Notes: generated by a model not told the origin, from the sequence alone. Counted from the first letter of the stretch, positions 18,121 to 27,479 are shown. The stretch: DNA of 64,000 nt from Patescibacteria group bacterium (GCA_018609195.1 JAHCSE010000001.1:9559-73558); one strand, 5' to 3'. Program-made: numbers and translations.

Positions 18121-20256
18121 TTATCTCCGTTTGCCTTCTATAATTTCTTGTGCGATGTTCCCTGGCACTTCACCGTAGTGATCAAACTCCATAGTAAACG
18201 TTCCTCGGCCTTCGGTCATCGATCGCAAAGCTGTGGCATAACCAAACATCTCAGCCAGAGGAACTTTAGCTGAAATTATTTTCAAATTTAACCTATCTTT
18301 TGTTTCTTCAATCTTCCCCCTCCTCGCTCCTAAATCCCCAATAGTATCTCCAAAAAATTCAGAAGGAATAATTACTTCTAATCTCATTATCGGTTCAAGT
18401 AAAATAGGTTTTGCTCTTTTGGCGGCCGTTTGCAAAGCAGCAGATGCAGCTATCTTGAAAGCAAATTCTGAGGAATCAACCTCATGATAGGAACCATCAT
18501 AAAGAGTCACTTCGATGTCAACCATAGGATAGCCTGCAGTTATCCCTTTTTCCATAGCTTCCTTCACTCCTTTTTTCACAGCGGGGATAAATTCTTTTGG
18601 GATGATTCCTCCTTTAATCTCGTCGATAAATTCAAATCCCTCTCCTCGTGTTTTGGGCCGAATTTTCAAGAAAACATGACCATATTGGCCTCTGCCGCCT
18701 GATTGTCTAATATATTTTCCTTCAGCTGAAGTTTCCTCTTTTATTGTTTCTTTATAGGCAACCTGAGGTCTTCCGGATGAAGCTTCCACCTTAAATTCTC
18801 TTCTCATTCGATCATTAATTATCTCTAAATGGAGCTCCCCCATTCCTGAGATAATAGTTTCTCCCGTTTCTAAATCACTTTTAATTTTAAAAGTGGGGTC
18901 TTCCTCAGCCAATCTTTTCAAAGCTAAACTCATTTTCTCTTGGTCGGCCTTCGTTTTCGGTTCAATTCGAATGGAAATGACAGGTTCTGGAAAGGTAATT
19001 TTTTCTAAGACAATGGGGTTATCAGGGTCACAAAGAGTATGACCAGTACTAGTTTTTTTTAATCCAACCGTAGCCCCAATATCTCCAGCGAAAAACTCTT
19101 GTACTTCCTCACGATCTGCCGCATGCATCCTTAAAATTCTCCCAATTCTCTCTTTCTCGCCCGTAGTTGCATTTAATACATAAGAACCTCTTTTTAAGCT
19201 ACCTGCATAAACTCGGAAATAATTTAAAGTTCCAACATAAGGATCAGCAGCAGATTTAAAAACCAAAGCGGAAAATGATTCTGAATCTAAAACTTTTCTT
19301 TCAATTTCCTGACCATTTCGAGGATCAACTCCTCTCACCGGAGGTAAATCCAAGGGGCTAGGCAAAAAATTCACAATTCCATCTAAGAGAGGCTGAATTC
19401 CTTTATTTCTCAAAGCTGATCCACAAAATACCGGGATGAGTTTGTAGGAAATTGTGGCTTTTCTCAATACTTCTCTCAATTCATTGATTGAAATTTCCTT
19501 TTTGGCTAAGTATTTCTCTAAAAGTTTCTCATCTTCAGCTGCAATTTTCTCCACTAATTTTTCTCGCCACTCTTTAGCGATCTTGCGCAAATTTTCAGGT
19601 ATCTCTTCTTCAACAACATTCTGGCCAAAGTCACCTTCAAATTTTAAGGCTCGCATTGTAAAGAGATCAATCACTCCTTCAAAATTTTCCTCGCTACCAA
19701 TTGGTAATTGAAGAACCACCGCCTGGGGAGATAATTTTTCCCAAATTGATTGCAAGCTCTTTTCAAAAGAAGCTCCTGTCCTATCCATTTTATTGATAAA
19801 GCAAATTCTGGGAACAGAAAATCTATCTGCTTGATGCCATACCGTCTCAGATTGAGGTTCTACTCCTGCTACTCCATCGAAAATCACTACCGCCCCATCC
19901 AAAACTCGCAAAGATCTTTGTACTTCCGCTGTAAAATCAATATGGCCAGGAGTATCAATAATGTTTATTCGATACTCATCTTTTTTGCTTTTTTCTTTGG
20001 ATTGACCGGGGGCGGTGTGTGGGTGATAGGTGGATGGAGTCCAAAAACAAGTAGTGGCTGCAGCTGTAATAGTAATTCCCCTTTCTTTTTCTTGAATCAT
20101 CCAATCCATTATTGCCTCCCCTTCATGAACTTCTCCAATTTTATGAGAAATTCCAGTATAGAAAAGCACCCGCTCAGTAACGGTTGTTTTCCCAGCATCG
20201 ATATGAGCAATAATACCAATATTGCGAGTTCGTTCTATTGGATACAAACGAGGCAT
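18121..20256 (-). CDS. fusA: Elongation factor G
   Basis: 711 aa; AHIDAGKTT, full EF-G domain set. Confidence 0.95.
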   Translation of the reverse strand: MPRLYPIERTRNIGIIAHIDAGKTTVTERVLFYTGISHKIGEVHEGEAIMDWMIQEKERGITITAAATTCFWTPSTYHPHTAPGQSKEKSKKDEYRINIIDTPGHIDFTAEVQRSLRVLDGAVVIFDGVAGVEPQSETVWHQADRFSVPRICFINKMDRTGASFEKSLQSIWEKLSPQAVVLQLPIGSEENFEGVIDLFTMRALKFEGDFGQNVVEEEIPENLRKIAKEWREKLVEKIAAEDEKLLEKYLAKKEISINELREVLRKATISYKLIPVFCGSALRNKGIQPLLDGIVNFLPSPLDLPPVRGVDPRNGQEIERKVLDSESFSALVFKSAADPYVGTLNYFRVYAGSLKRGSYVLNATTGEKERIGRILRMHAADREEVQEFFAGDIGATVGLKKTSTGHTLCDPDNPIVLEKITFPEPVISIRIEPKTKADQEKMSLALKRLAEEDPTFKIKSDLETGETIISGMGELHLEIINDRMRREFKVEASSGRPQVAYKETIKEETSAEGKYIRQSGGRGQYGHVFLKIRPKTRGEGFEFIDEIKGGIIPKEFIPAVKKGVKEAMEKGITAGYPMVDIEVTLYDGSYHEVDSSEFAFKIAASAALQTAAKRAKPILLEPIMRLEVIIPSEFFGDTIGDLGARRGKIEETKDRLNLKIISAKVPLAEMFGYATALRSMTEGRGTFTMEFDHYGEVPGNIAQEIIEGKRR

Positions 20257-20288
20257 AATTTGTAGAAGCGGATTTACGCGGATCTAAA

Positions 20289-20435
20289 GCGAGGGTAAGC
20301 TTCTCAAAGAGCATCTCGGAGGCGTCGCTGGCAAGGTGTCCGAGTAAAGCGAGGAACAGCGACGCCGAGAGTTGAACAAAATTTTCCTCGCTGGGAAAAA
20401 TTATTGTGTCTCTTTGAGGGGGCTTTGCCCGAGCG
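20289..20435 (+). repeat. GC-rich structured element family B, copy B2 (fusA 5' side)
   Basis: Near-identical to B1 (14933..15078). Confidence 0.8.
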
Positions 20436-20452
20436 AATCACCAAGCCAAATG

Positions 20453-20612
20453 GTCGCTCGCCCTCCTCCAGCGCAGAGCGCTGGCGGACGCCTTTGGCGT
20501 CCTTCGGGCTCACTCCCCAGACACCTCTCGGTTTCTGGCGCTCCTTCGCTTTCGCTCAGTCACTGTTTTCCTATACGGGGAAACACCCAGTTTCCCCGAC
20601 CCCTTTCTGCCA
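20453..20612 (+). repeat. GC-rich structured element family A, copy A4 (abuts the rpsG stop)
   Basis: GTCGCTCGCCCTCCTCCAG..GGACGCC-TTT-GGCGTCC (compensatory vs A1)..CTGTTTTCCTATACGGGGAAAC-ACCCA-GTTTCCCCGACCCCTTTCTG. Confidence 0.8.
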
Positions 20613-20619
20613 CTTTGCG

Positions 20620-21087
20620 TTACCACGCAAAGTGGGCAAAAGCTCTATTCGCCTCTGCCATCCTGTGAGTATTTTCTTTCTTTTTCACTGCCCAGCCAGT
20701 GTTATTTGCGGCTTCTATCATTTCTTCAGCCAATTTCTCTCTCATTGGTTTTCCTTTTCTTGATTTGGCAGCTTGGATAATCCAACGCATAGCTAAAGTT
20801 AGCCTTCTTTCCCCTTTCACTTCTCTCGGAACCTGATAGGTAGCACCTCCAATTCTTTTCGCTTTAACCTCAAGTAAGGGGGAGGCATTTTTCAGAGCCT
20901 GATCAAAAACTTCCAAGGGGTCTTTTTTCGTTTTTCCTTTAATTATATCAAAGGCCTGATAAACAATTCTTCTCGCCAGCATCTTTTTCCCTCGCCGCAT
21001 TACCTGATTGATAAACTTTGATACAATGATGTTATTGTAAACCGGGTCAGATGTAATTTCCCTTTTTTCTTTTTTCTTCCTCCTCAT
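20620..21087 (-). CDS. rpsG: 30S ribosomal protein S7
   Basis: 155 aa; ends AFAHFAW. Confidence 0.9.
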   Translation of the reverse strand: MRRKKKEKREITSDPVYNNIIVSKFINQVMRRGKKMLARRIVYQAFDIIKGKTKKDPLEVFDQALKNASPLLEVKAKRIGGATYQVPREVKGERRLTLAMRWIIQAAKSRKGKPMREKLAEEMIEAANNTGWAVKKKENTHRMAEANRAFAHFAW

Positions 21088-21090
21088 AAA

Positions 21091-21501
21091 TTATTTTTCT
21101 TTTTTTGTTCCATACCTTGATCTTCTTTGTTTTCTCTCCTCCACTCCTCCCGCATCTAAAACCCCCCTGACCACATAATATCTTACTCCTGGTAAATCCT
21201 TCACTCTTCCTCCCCGAAGTAAAACTATTGAGTGCTCTTGCAAATTATGGCCTTCCCCAGGTATGTAAGCTGTAACCTCCATACCATTGGTCAATCTTAC
21301 TCTCGCTACTTTTCTTAAGGCAGAATTTGGTTTCCTGGGAGTAACGGTAAATACTTTTAGACAAACTCCTCTTTTGAAAGGAGAAGGATAAAATTTTGGT
21401 CTATTTTTTAATACATTAAAGCTAAATTCCAAAGCTGGCCTCTTTCCAGGTTTTTTAATTCTCTTTCTCCCTTTTTTGATTAGTTGATGAATAGTTGGCA
21501 T
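21091..21501 (-). CDS. rpsL: 30S ribosomal protein S12
   Basis: 136 aa; [16 protein letters not shown]. Confidence 0.9.
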   Translation of the reverse strand: MPTIHQLIKKGRKRIKKPGKRPALEFSFNVLKNRPKFYPSPFKRGVCLKVFTVTPRKPNSALRKVARVRLTNGMEVTAYIPGEGHNLQEHSIVLLRGGRVKDLPGVRYYVVRGVLDAGGVEERKQRRSRYGTKKEK

Positions 21502-21504
21502 AAA

Positions 21505-21545
21505 CCCTACGAATTACGAATCAGTACGAATATACGAATAAATTT
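21505..21545 (-). promoter_or_regulatory. TTCGTA-repeat leader/promoter motif upstream of rpsL
   Basis: Minus-strand TATTCGTATATTCGTACTGATTCGTAATTCGTAGGGTTT-ATG. Confidence 0.45.
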
Positions 21546-21549
21546 CCCC

Positions 21550-21575
21550 GACCCCTTCCGACGTGGGCTGCTATT
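21550..21575 (+). repeat. Fragment of element A 3' tail (TTTCCCCGACCCCTTCC)
   Basis: Matches the terminal arm and tail of copies A1-A4. Confidence 0.5.
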
Positions 21576-21671
21576 TCTGTTTCGCAGACAATAGTAACAT
21601 TATCCTCTCAAAAATAATTAAGCGGCTGACCGCTTACATTTGAGATTATCAAATATTTTAATTTAAGTCAA

Positions 21672-22370
21672 TTAAATTCCAATAATAAACTTGAAAACTG
21701 CAAATATTAATGAAAATAAAGGTATTACGCCAGAGATTACCAGAAAAAGAAAAAATATCAAAATAAACATTCCATATGTTTCTAAATAAAATTTAATATG
21801 TTCTAAACGATAAGGTAAAATACTATAAAGAACTTTTGAACCATCTAAAGGTGGAATGGGAATTAAATTAAAGATAGCTAAAAGAACATTTAAAAAGACA
21901 ATGAAGCTAAAAATAAGAAAAACTGGAGCGAGGGGAGAAGCCTGAAGCAAGGAAGGTAAATCTTCTGTTCTCGCAGAAAAGAAAGCAAAAATTAAACTTG
22001 TTTTCAACTCTTGAGAAAGAGGCAAAATCCGGCTCAAAACCCCAAAAAGCATCGCTAACAAAAGGTTGGCAGCAGGTCCTGCTAGGGCAATTTTAGCTGG
22101 TCCCCATTTCTGATCTCTCAAGTTATAAGGATTGAAAGGAACAGGTTTTGCATAGCCAAAAAGGATTGGGCTTCGAAACAAAATTAAGAGTAAGGGTAAA
22201 AAAATGGAACCGAAAGGATCTAAATGCTTTATTGGATTTAAAGTAAGCCTGCCTGCGTATTTTGCCGTAGGATCACCCAAAAAATAAGCCGCTTGCCCAT
22301 GGGAAACTTCATGAATAACAACTGAAAAAAGTAAAACAATTAAAGAGAAGAGCAATAAGATAATTTCCAT
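21672..22370 (-). CDS. M50-family (site-2 protease / SpoIVFB-like) zinc metalloprotease
   Basis: 232 aa polytopic; HEVSHG (HExxH) in TM1. Confidence 0.7.
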   Translation of the reverse strand: MEIILLLFSLIVLLFSVVIHEVSHGQAAYFLGDPTAKYAGRLTLNPIKHLDPFGSIFLPLLLILFRSPILFGYAKPVPFNPYNLRDQKWGPAKIALAGPAANLLLAMLFGVLSRILPLSQELKTSLIFAFFSARTEDLPSLLQASPLAPVFLIFSFIVFLNVLLAIFNLIPIPPLDGSKVLYSILPYRLEHIKFYLETYGMFILIFFLFLVISGVIPLFSLIFAVFKFIIGI

Positions 22371-22434
22371 ATTATTTCATTTTAGCAAATTAAAAGTTAC
22401 TTGTAAAAACTGGAAACTCTGTTAAGTTTAATAT

Positions 22435-22623
22435 ATGTCTAAAAAATGCTCAATCTGTAGCAAGGGCTCCATGTTGGTTTGGCGAAGAGTTAAACTCCGG
22501 GGAAAATATAATCCAACTATAAAAAGAAGGCAATACCCTAATTTACAATGGGCAAAGTTGCCTTCTGGAAAAAGAGTTTTAGCTTGTACAAAATGTATTA
22601 AGGCGATGGGGAAAAGAAAATAA
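22435..22623 (+). CDS. rpmB: 50S ribosomal protein L28 (Cys4 form)
   Basis: 62 aa; MSKKCSICSKG...KRRQYPNLQ...ACTKC. Confidence 0.8.
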   Translation: MSKKCSICSKGSMLVWRRVKLRGKYNPTIKRRQYPNLQWAKLPSGKRVLACTKCIKAMGKRK

Positions 22624-22697
22624 AAAATAATTAGCATATAAACACCCTATCTATTTTTTATCTTTTATATTTTATATTTGATTTTGAGCGAAGCGAA

Positions 22698-22770
22698 CGG
22701 GGCATAGTGTAATGGTTAACATTTGCGCATGGGGTGCGTAAGATTCTGGGTTCGAATCCCAGTGCCCCGA
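22698..22770 (+). tRNA. tRNA-Pro (anticodon GGG)
   Basis: Hand-folded cloverleaf: acceptor CGGGGCA/TGCCCCG, D-stem GTGT/ACAT, anticodon stem TGCGC/GCGTA, loop ATGGGGT (U33, GGG, G37), T-arm CTGGG-TTCGAAT-CCCAG, discriminator A; 73 nt, CCA not encoded. Confidence 0.8.
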
Positions 22771-22845
22771 CTAAAAGCAATTTCTCTCAATCCTAAGGAA
22801 AACATCTCTGAGAGATGAAAAAATTGAGGAACATGGTTTACAAAT

Positions 22846-23895
22846 ATGAGTAATAAATTTATTGTATCCTTAACTTTTATCATCTTTCTGGTTATTGTCG
22901 GAGGCCTTTTGTGGTTAGCCATTCAAAGTGACAATGCCGTTAGTGCCTTGCTTTCTTTTACCGCTGGGCTTTCCATGATATTTTTGCCCTGCACCTTGCC
23001 GTTAGCTTTTGTTATTATTCCTATTGCTGCCAAAGAACAAAAGCAGGGTCGAGCCCTGGGTATTGCGGTAGCTTTCGGTTTGGGGCTTTCGGTGACTCTG
23101 GCGCTTTATGGAATTGTCACAGCTTTCTTAGGTGATTACTTTGGACTTGATCAATTCACAAGAGTAATGTTTGTTGTAGCTGGAGCAATGGCTCTCATTT
23201 TTGCCTTGACCGAACTTAAGCTTTTGCAAATCCCACTTCCGATATTTACGCATCGTATTCCTAATTGGATTACGGGAGGATACGGCAAAACTTTTCTTTT
23301 AGGGATGTTTTTAGGAAATGCAGGAATTGGGTGTCCCAATCCTGCTTTTTATGTACTCTTAACCTACATCGCCTCTACAGGTTCATTGGTAACGGGAGGC
23401 TGGTTGGGCTTGGTTCACGGCCTCGGTCGAGCCACGCCTCTTATATTCCTCGTTCTTTTGACAATACTGGGAATCAAAAGTATCCAGTGGATGGGTAAAG
23501 CATCAGCAAAAATTCATATTTTAACTGGCGTAGGGTTAGTTCTTGCCGGAGCATTTATCCTTACCTATGGTCTTTTTGGTATGCACTGGTGGGAAGATTC
23601 TATATTTCATGCTTCATGGAATAGATCTGTATATAACATAGCTCCGAATCTTGCCGAACAACCCGGCCATCCTGTTGCCGAAGGAGTATGGGAGGCGCCG
23701 TCATGGGTAGGATGGTGGTCGCTAATCATATTCATGCTGATTCCTTTCATTTGGTATAAGCTCAGACACGGGGTGAAAAATAAAGTGTTTTGGATTGTGA
23801 GTGCATTCTTGATTCTTCTGGGGCTTTCTGCATCAGCTGGACTTATAGAGGTTGAGCATGGGCACGGAATTGAAGTTGAACAGGAACAACTTTAA
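22846..23895 (+). CDS. CcdA/DsbD-family transmembrane thiol-disulfide protein with C-terminal extension
   Basis: 349 aa; LPCTLP in TM1 and GIGCPNP in TM4. Confidence 0.6.
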   Translation: MSNKFIVSLTFIIFLVIVGGLLWLAIQSDNAVSALLSFTAGLSMIFLPCTLPLAFVIIPIAAKEQKQGRALGIAVAFGLGLSVTLALYGIVTAFLGDYFGLDQFTRVMFVVAGAMALIFALTELKLLQIPLPIFTHRIPNWITGGYGKTFLLGMFLGNAGIGCPNPAFYVLLTYIASTGSLVTGGWLGLVHGLGRATPLIFLVLLTILGIKSIQWMGKASAKIHILTGVGLVLAGAFILTYGLFGMHWWEDSIFHASWNRSVYNIAPNLAEQPGHPVAEGVWEAPSWVGWWSLIIFMLIPFIWYKLRHGVKNKVFWIVSAFLILLGLSASAGLIEVEHGHGIEVEQEQL

Positions 23896-23960
23896 TTATA
23901 GGCGTTACGATACAATAATTTTTTTTCAAAATAAGTTTGTACAAAATTTAGTAAATGCAA

Positions 23961-23992
23961 CAAAAAAGCGCCACAATGTGGTGCCTTTTTGA
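23961..23992 (+). terminator. Rho-independent terminator after the CcdA-like gene
   Basis: aaaaaGCGCCACAatgTGTGGTGCctttttg. Confidence 0.55.
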
Positions 23993-23994
23993 AG

Positions 23995-24135
23995 CCCTGC
24001 CTTCTTTCTAGAGAATCTTCCGGTAAATCATTTCTAGTGGGTGTCCGCACCCTGAGCCCACGGGCTCAAGAAATGTAGGACTCCCGAGAAAGAACTTTTG
24101 TTCCAGAATCTGGCTAGAAAAAACGAACAGGGCTA
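23995..24135. ncRNA. GC-rich structured segment in a convergent spacer (candidate small RNA, family unknown)
   Basis: GCCCTG...CAGGGC closing helix; internal hairpins GGGTG-TCCG-CACCC and TGAGCCC-ACG-GGCTCA; ~50% GC in an AT-rich spacer. Confidence 0.25.
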
Positions 24136-24251
24136 ATTTTATTGTAGCAGTTTAAGAAACTCAGTCAAGGTTTAAAATTTTACATATTTCTTCAGGATAT
24201 CCACAGTTTATTAACTATTTCCAAAAATTTTATTAGCTTTCTAAAGTATTT

Positions 24252-25325
24252 TCAGAAATGTAAAACATCTACCATTTGTTTAATTAAAGAAAGAACCACT
24301 GCCGGAGGCAATAAACTGTAAGAAGGAACTCCTTTATCATCAGGAAAAACCCAGGGTTTTTCAATTATTTCCACCTTTTTATCTTCCTCTATCCACTTAT
24401 AGTTATATTCGGGAGTAATTTCATAATCATCTACATATTCTTTTACCCTCTCTACAGGAACTGAATTTCTCAGAAGAATCCTGGGAATTCCATAAAGAGC
24501 GAAGGCTTGTTTAATCAACCGTTCATCCATTGTAAAACGCCTCTTTATTGGCTCTATTCCTCGCTCATCTCCTTCTTTTGCGACCATTTTTATTTCCTGA
24601 CAAGTGGGATTATCACAAATAAAGAAAAACTTTTTGCTCAGTTCATCGTATCTAACTTCTTTCGCTGGATGAAGCCTTAAATTTCTGGGGGTTTGACAGT
24701 TAGGACACACTACTCGAAATTTCATTCTCTCGTCAATTACTTTTCCAGGAACATCAATCAAAATAAAGACATCAGGGTCAGATCTGTAACCAATAAGGTC
24801 TCGGAAAAATAAAGAATATGAGATCTGATCCAAATCTCTCGGAAAACCATCTATAAAAAGGGCTTTTCTTTCCATTTTGTCTATCTCTCCTTTCGCTAAG
24901 GCTAAAATAAATTCAGTTGGCAAAAGAGTCTCCGTATTTCTACTCAAGAGTTTTTCAATTGCTTTCTCAATGGGAAGGAAGCCTCGATAATTTGAGGAAA
25001 GCCGGTGTATCAATTCTTCTTTGTTTTTTTGTTCTAAAATTTCTTGGTGCGATTTTCGAACGATATCTCCAATCGAAACGTGACTCACGCGTTCTTTATT
25101 AACAATCTCTGCAAATATCTTTGAGTAAGTTCCTTTGCCAGAATTCTTTTTCCCCAAGAGATAAGCAATGAAAGTATTTTTCTTGAGATACTCTCTTAAT
25201 TTCTTGATTTCCGATCCCGCCTTGAACTCAAAATATTCCTGTATCTCTTTGGGATCAGCTAAATTGAATTTCCGAGTGGGACCTTTAATTTTTGTTTTAA
25301 AAATCGGGAAGTTAATATCCCTCAT
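24252..25325 (-). CDS. Divergent adenylate/NMP-kinase family paralog with zinc LID and N/C extensions
   Basis: 357 aa; GKKNSGKGT P-loop (AK-type GxxGxGKGT), DGFPR NMP-binding motif, CPNC...CDNPTC. Confidence 0.55.
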   Translation of the reverse strand: MRDINFPIFKTKIKGPTRKFNLADPKEIQEYFEFKAGSEIKKLREYLKKNTFIAYLLGKKNSGKGTYSKIFAEIVNKERVSHVSIGDIVRKSHQEILEQKNKEELIHRLSSNYRGFLPIEKAIEKLLSRNTETLLPTEFILALAKGEIDKMERKALFIDGFPRDLDQISYSLFFRDLIGYRSDPDVFILIDVPGKVIDERMKFRVVCPNCQTPRNLRLHPAKEVRYDELSKKFFFICDNPTCQEIKMVAKEGDERGIEPIKRRFTMDERLIKQAFALYGIPRILLRNSVPVERVKEYVDDYEITPEYNYKWIEEDKKVEIIEKPWVFPDDKGVPSYSLLPPAVVLSLIKQMVDVLHF

Positions 25326-25328
25326 AGT

Positions 25329-25362
25329 CCTACGAATTACGAATATTTACGAATATACGAAC
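25329..25362 (-). promoter_or_regulatory. TTCGTA-repeat leader/promoter motif upstream of the kinase paralog
   Basis: Minus-strand GTTCGTATATTCGTAAATATTCGTAATTCGTAGGACT-ATG. Confidence 0.45.
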
Positions 25363-25364
25363 AG

Positions 25365-26219
25365 TTATTTTATTTTTAGATTTGTTCCGTCAGAAATAAT
25401 TTTAATATCTCCGTCTTCATCAGTCCTCAGCACTTTTATACCATGTTTCTTTAAAGTTTCCAAAGTTTCTTGATGGGGATGTCCGTAGCGATTATTCCTG
25501 CCGACCGGGATTACGGCGATCTCAGGAGTAACAGCTTCCAGAAACTCTTCGGCAGTTGAGGTCCTGCTGCCTTGATGAGCTACTTTTAAAATATCAGAAT
25601 CAATGAAAATGTTTTTCTCAACCAATGTTTTCTCCACTGATTTATAGATATCACCAGTCAGCAAAAAAGAATTTTCTCCAAAAACTAATCGAGCGACAAT
25701 TGAAGTATTGTTCGTATTTTTCACCGTTTTTCCTTCTAAATTTTCAGATGGATGTAAAATGTCTAAACGAGCTCTAGATGCCCCTATCCTTTGGCCAGCT
25801 TTGGCAATGAAAATCTGAGCTCCCTCTTTTTGAATTAACTTTTGCCATTCTCGAGCTTCGGACGTATCTTTCACAATTCCCGTCCATAAAATATTTTCCA
25901 CTTTATATCTTTTTAACACCTCCAAAAGCCCAGCAAGATGATCTTTATCAGGATGAGTTAAAATTATAAGATCAATCGTTCTATCGAAAAAAGGTATTTC
26001 CTTTCCCAGTTTTTCCAAAATAGTGGAATCCGGTCCCCCATCAATTAAAATTTGATGCGATTGCGGGGTTTCAATAAAAATAGCATCACCTTGGCCGACA
26101 TCAAAAAAAGTAACCTCAAGGAATCTTGGCTGGCTTAAATCGTAAACAGCAATCCAGGCTAAGATATTAAGGAAAAACAGAATACCTAAAATAATAAAAG
26201 CACTGTTATGCTTTTTCAT
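25365..26219 (-). CDS. Signal-anchored MBL-fold hydrolase resembling the ComEC/Rec2 C-terminal lactamase domain
   Basis: 284 aa; FFDVGQGDAIFIE, ILTHPDKDH, HQGS, RYGHP. Confidence 0.65.
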   Translation of the reverse strand: MKKHNSAFIILGILFFLNILAWIAVYDLSQPRFLEVTFFDVGQGDAIFIETPQSHQILIDGGPDSTILEKLGKEIPFFDRTIDLIILTHPDKDHLAGLLEVLKRYKVENILWTGIVKDTSEAREWQKLIQKEGAQIFIAKAGQRIGASRARLDILHPSENLEGKTVKNTNNTSIVARLVFGENSFLLTGDIYKSVEKTLVEKNIFIDSDILKVAHQGSRTSTAEEFLEAVTPEIAVIPVGRNNRYGHPHQETLETLKKHGIKVLRTDEDGDIKIISDGTNLKIK

Positions 26220-26294
26220 TGATTTTATTATAACGAACTATGTTCGATATATCACGCTGCGCGTGCTATAGGTTAGTTTATTGTGATTGAAAAC

Positions 26295-26317
26295 AAAAAA
26301 CCGCCTTCTTGGCGATT
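26295..26317 (-). terminator. Conserved terminator hairpin repeat (copy 1 of 5)
   Basis: Minus strand AAUCGCC-AAGAA-GGCGGUUUUUU. Confidence 0.65.
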
Positions 26318-26338
26318 AGAATGGTATTTTAGTAACTT

Positions 26339-26704
26339 TTATTTTTTATACCTTCGTTCATTAGTTTTATAACCAGTATCTGATGACCAAATAAGAAACA
26401 GCCTCTTTTTAAACCCTCCCTTAATCTTTGTACCCTCTTTCTGGGCATTTTTTATTTGCTGATTTGTAATTCCCTTAAATCTCTTTATTTCCTGAACAAC
26501 ATCTAAAACATCGGCTAACTCTGAAATCAATTTCTTTTTAGTTTTTGCGGCAAGTAAACCGTCTGCTTCTTCCCCTACTTTTTTTATGAGTTCTTTTTCA
26601 AAATCTTTTGCGTTTAATTTTCTTATTTTAAAATCGCCCCCGCTCTTTTTAATCTTTTCTGGTATTTTGTCACGAATTAGCTTATTGTAGCATATCTTTT
26701 TCAT
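26339..26704 (-). CDS. MazG/HisE-like all-alpha NTP pyrophosphohydrolase
   Basis: 121 aa; YNKLIRDKIPE...ELADVLDV. Confidence 0.6.
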   Translation of the reverse strand: MKKICYNKLIRDKIPEKIKKSGGDFKIRKLNAKDFEKELIKKVGEEADGLLAAKTKKKLISELADVLDVVQEIKRFKGITNQQIKNAQKEGTKIKGGFKKRLFLIWSSDTGYKTNERRYKK

Positions 26705-26718
26705 TATTTCATTCTATC

Positions 26719-26742
26719 AAAAAACCGCCTTCTTGGCGATTT
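26719..26742 (-). terminator. Conserved terminator hairpin repeat (copy 2)
   Basis: AAAAACCGCCTTCTTGGCGATTTTTT. Confidence 0.65.
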
Positions 26743-26822
26743 TTTTGTGGCTTCATCTATGAAAAGAAAAAGGCGACACGATAACCTCGGGTCGCCACTA
26801 AAAAAGAACAATTATAGTTTTG

Positions 26823-27479
26823 TTATTCAAGCCTATAATCCATAATATCCAAGAACCAATAACCTTCCATTTTAACTGGCCTGCTTTTCAGTATCCTTAT
26901 TTTCTTCTTAAATAGCGGGCCATCTACTACAAGGGTATGGTATTCGCCGTTCTCACCGCAAGGGTCAATATGTTTATATGCTCTCAAGTCTTTAAGAAAT
27001 TCCATATCCAGTCTTCTTCCAATCCACTCTTCACCAAGAAGACTTGCTTGGGTGCTTACTATTATTGCCTCAAATCCCGAATCTATGAATTCTAAAAGAA
27101 TTTCTTCTGGATTGCGACCCCAGAGAGGTTCAACCAACCGAAGACCGAGTTCTCCGCAAATCTTCTCTGCCCACTCTAAACAGTGCTGGAGGTGAATATC
27201 ACCAAAGACCATTCCCGATACTCCTCCTGGAAGCAATCTCCGCACGGCTTCCTTAAATTCTTGTTCGTATCCATCGGGCGTAGTCTCTACTTGCAAAATG
27301 GGAATACCCATTACTTGGGCTTGTGTTTGGATAAGCCCGGCTTCTATGCCGTGGAATCGGACACGCTTGAATTCTCTGGAAATAGTGTTGAAGAGATACG
27401 AAATATCATATCCTTCACGCTTTGCCTTATAGACGGCAAGGCAACTATCTTTGCCGCCGCTCCAAGAGGAAATATACAT
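26823..27479 (-). CDS. PP-loop ATPase of the Dph6 / MJ0570 (diphthine-ammonia ligase-like, DUF71) family
   Basis: 218 aa; SWSGGKDS PP-loop, EYHT. Confidence 0.65.
   Translation of the reverse strand: MYISSWSGGKDSCLAVYKAKREGYDISYLFNTISREFKRVRFHGIEAGLIQTQAQVMGIPILQVETTPDGYEQEFKEAVRRLLPGGVSGMVFGDIHLQHCLEWAEKICGELGLRLVEPLWGRNPEEILLEFIDSGFEAIIVSTQASLLGEEWIGRRLDMEFLKDLRAYKHIDPCGENGEYHTLVVDGPLFKKKIRILKSRPVKMEGYWFLDIMDYRLE

Noticed and set aside
9195-20265. Numerous + strand ORFs (e.g. 9195..9695, 14280..14780, 17800..18273, 19750..20265, 20404..20763) inside the r-protein/EF cluster
   Set aside because: All lie antisense to highly conserved ribosomal or EF genes, or span the GC-rich repeat elements. 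They have no homology signal.
22716-22922. 68-aa minus-strand ORF
   Set aside because: It overlaps the tRNA-Pro gene and the 5' region of the CcdA-like gene on the opposite strand, with no coding signal.
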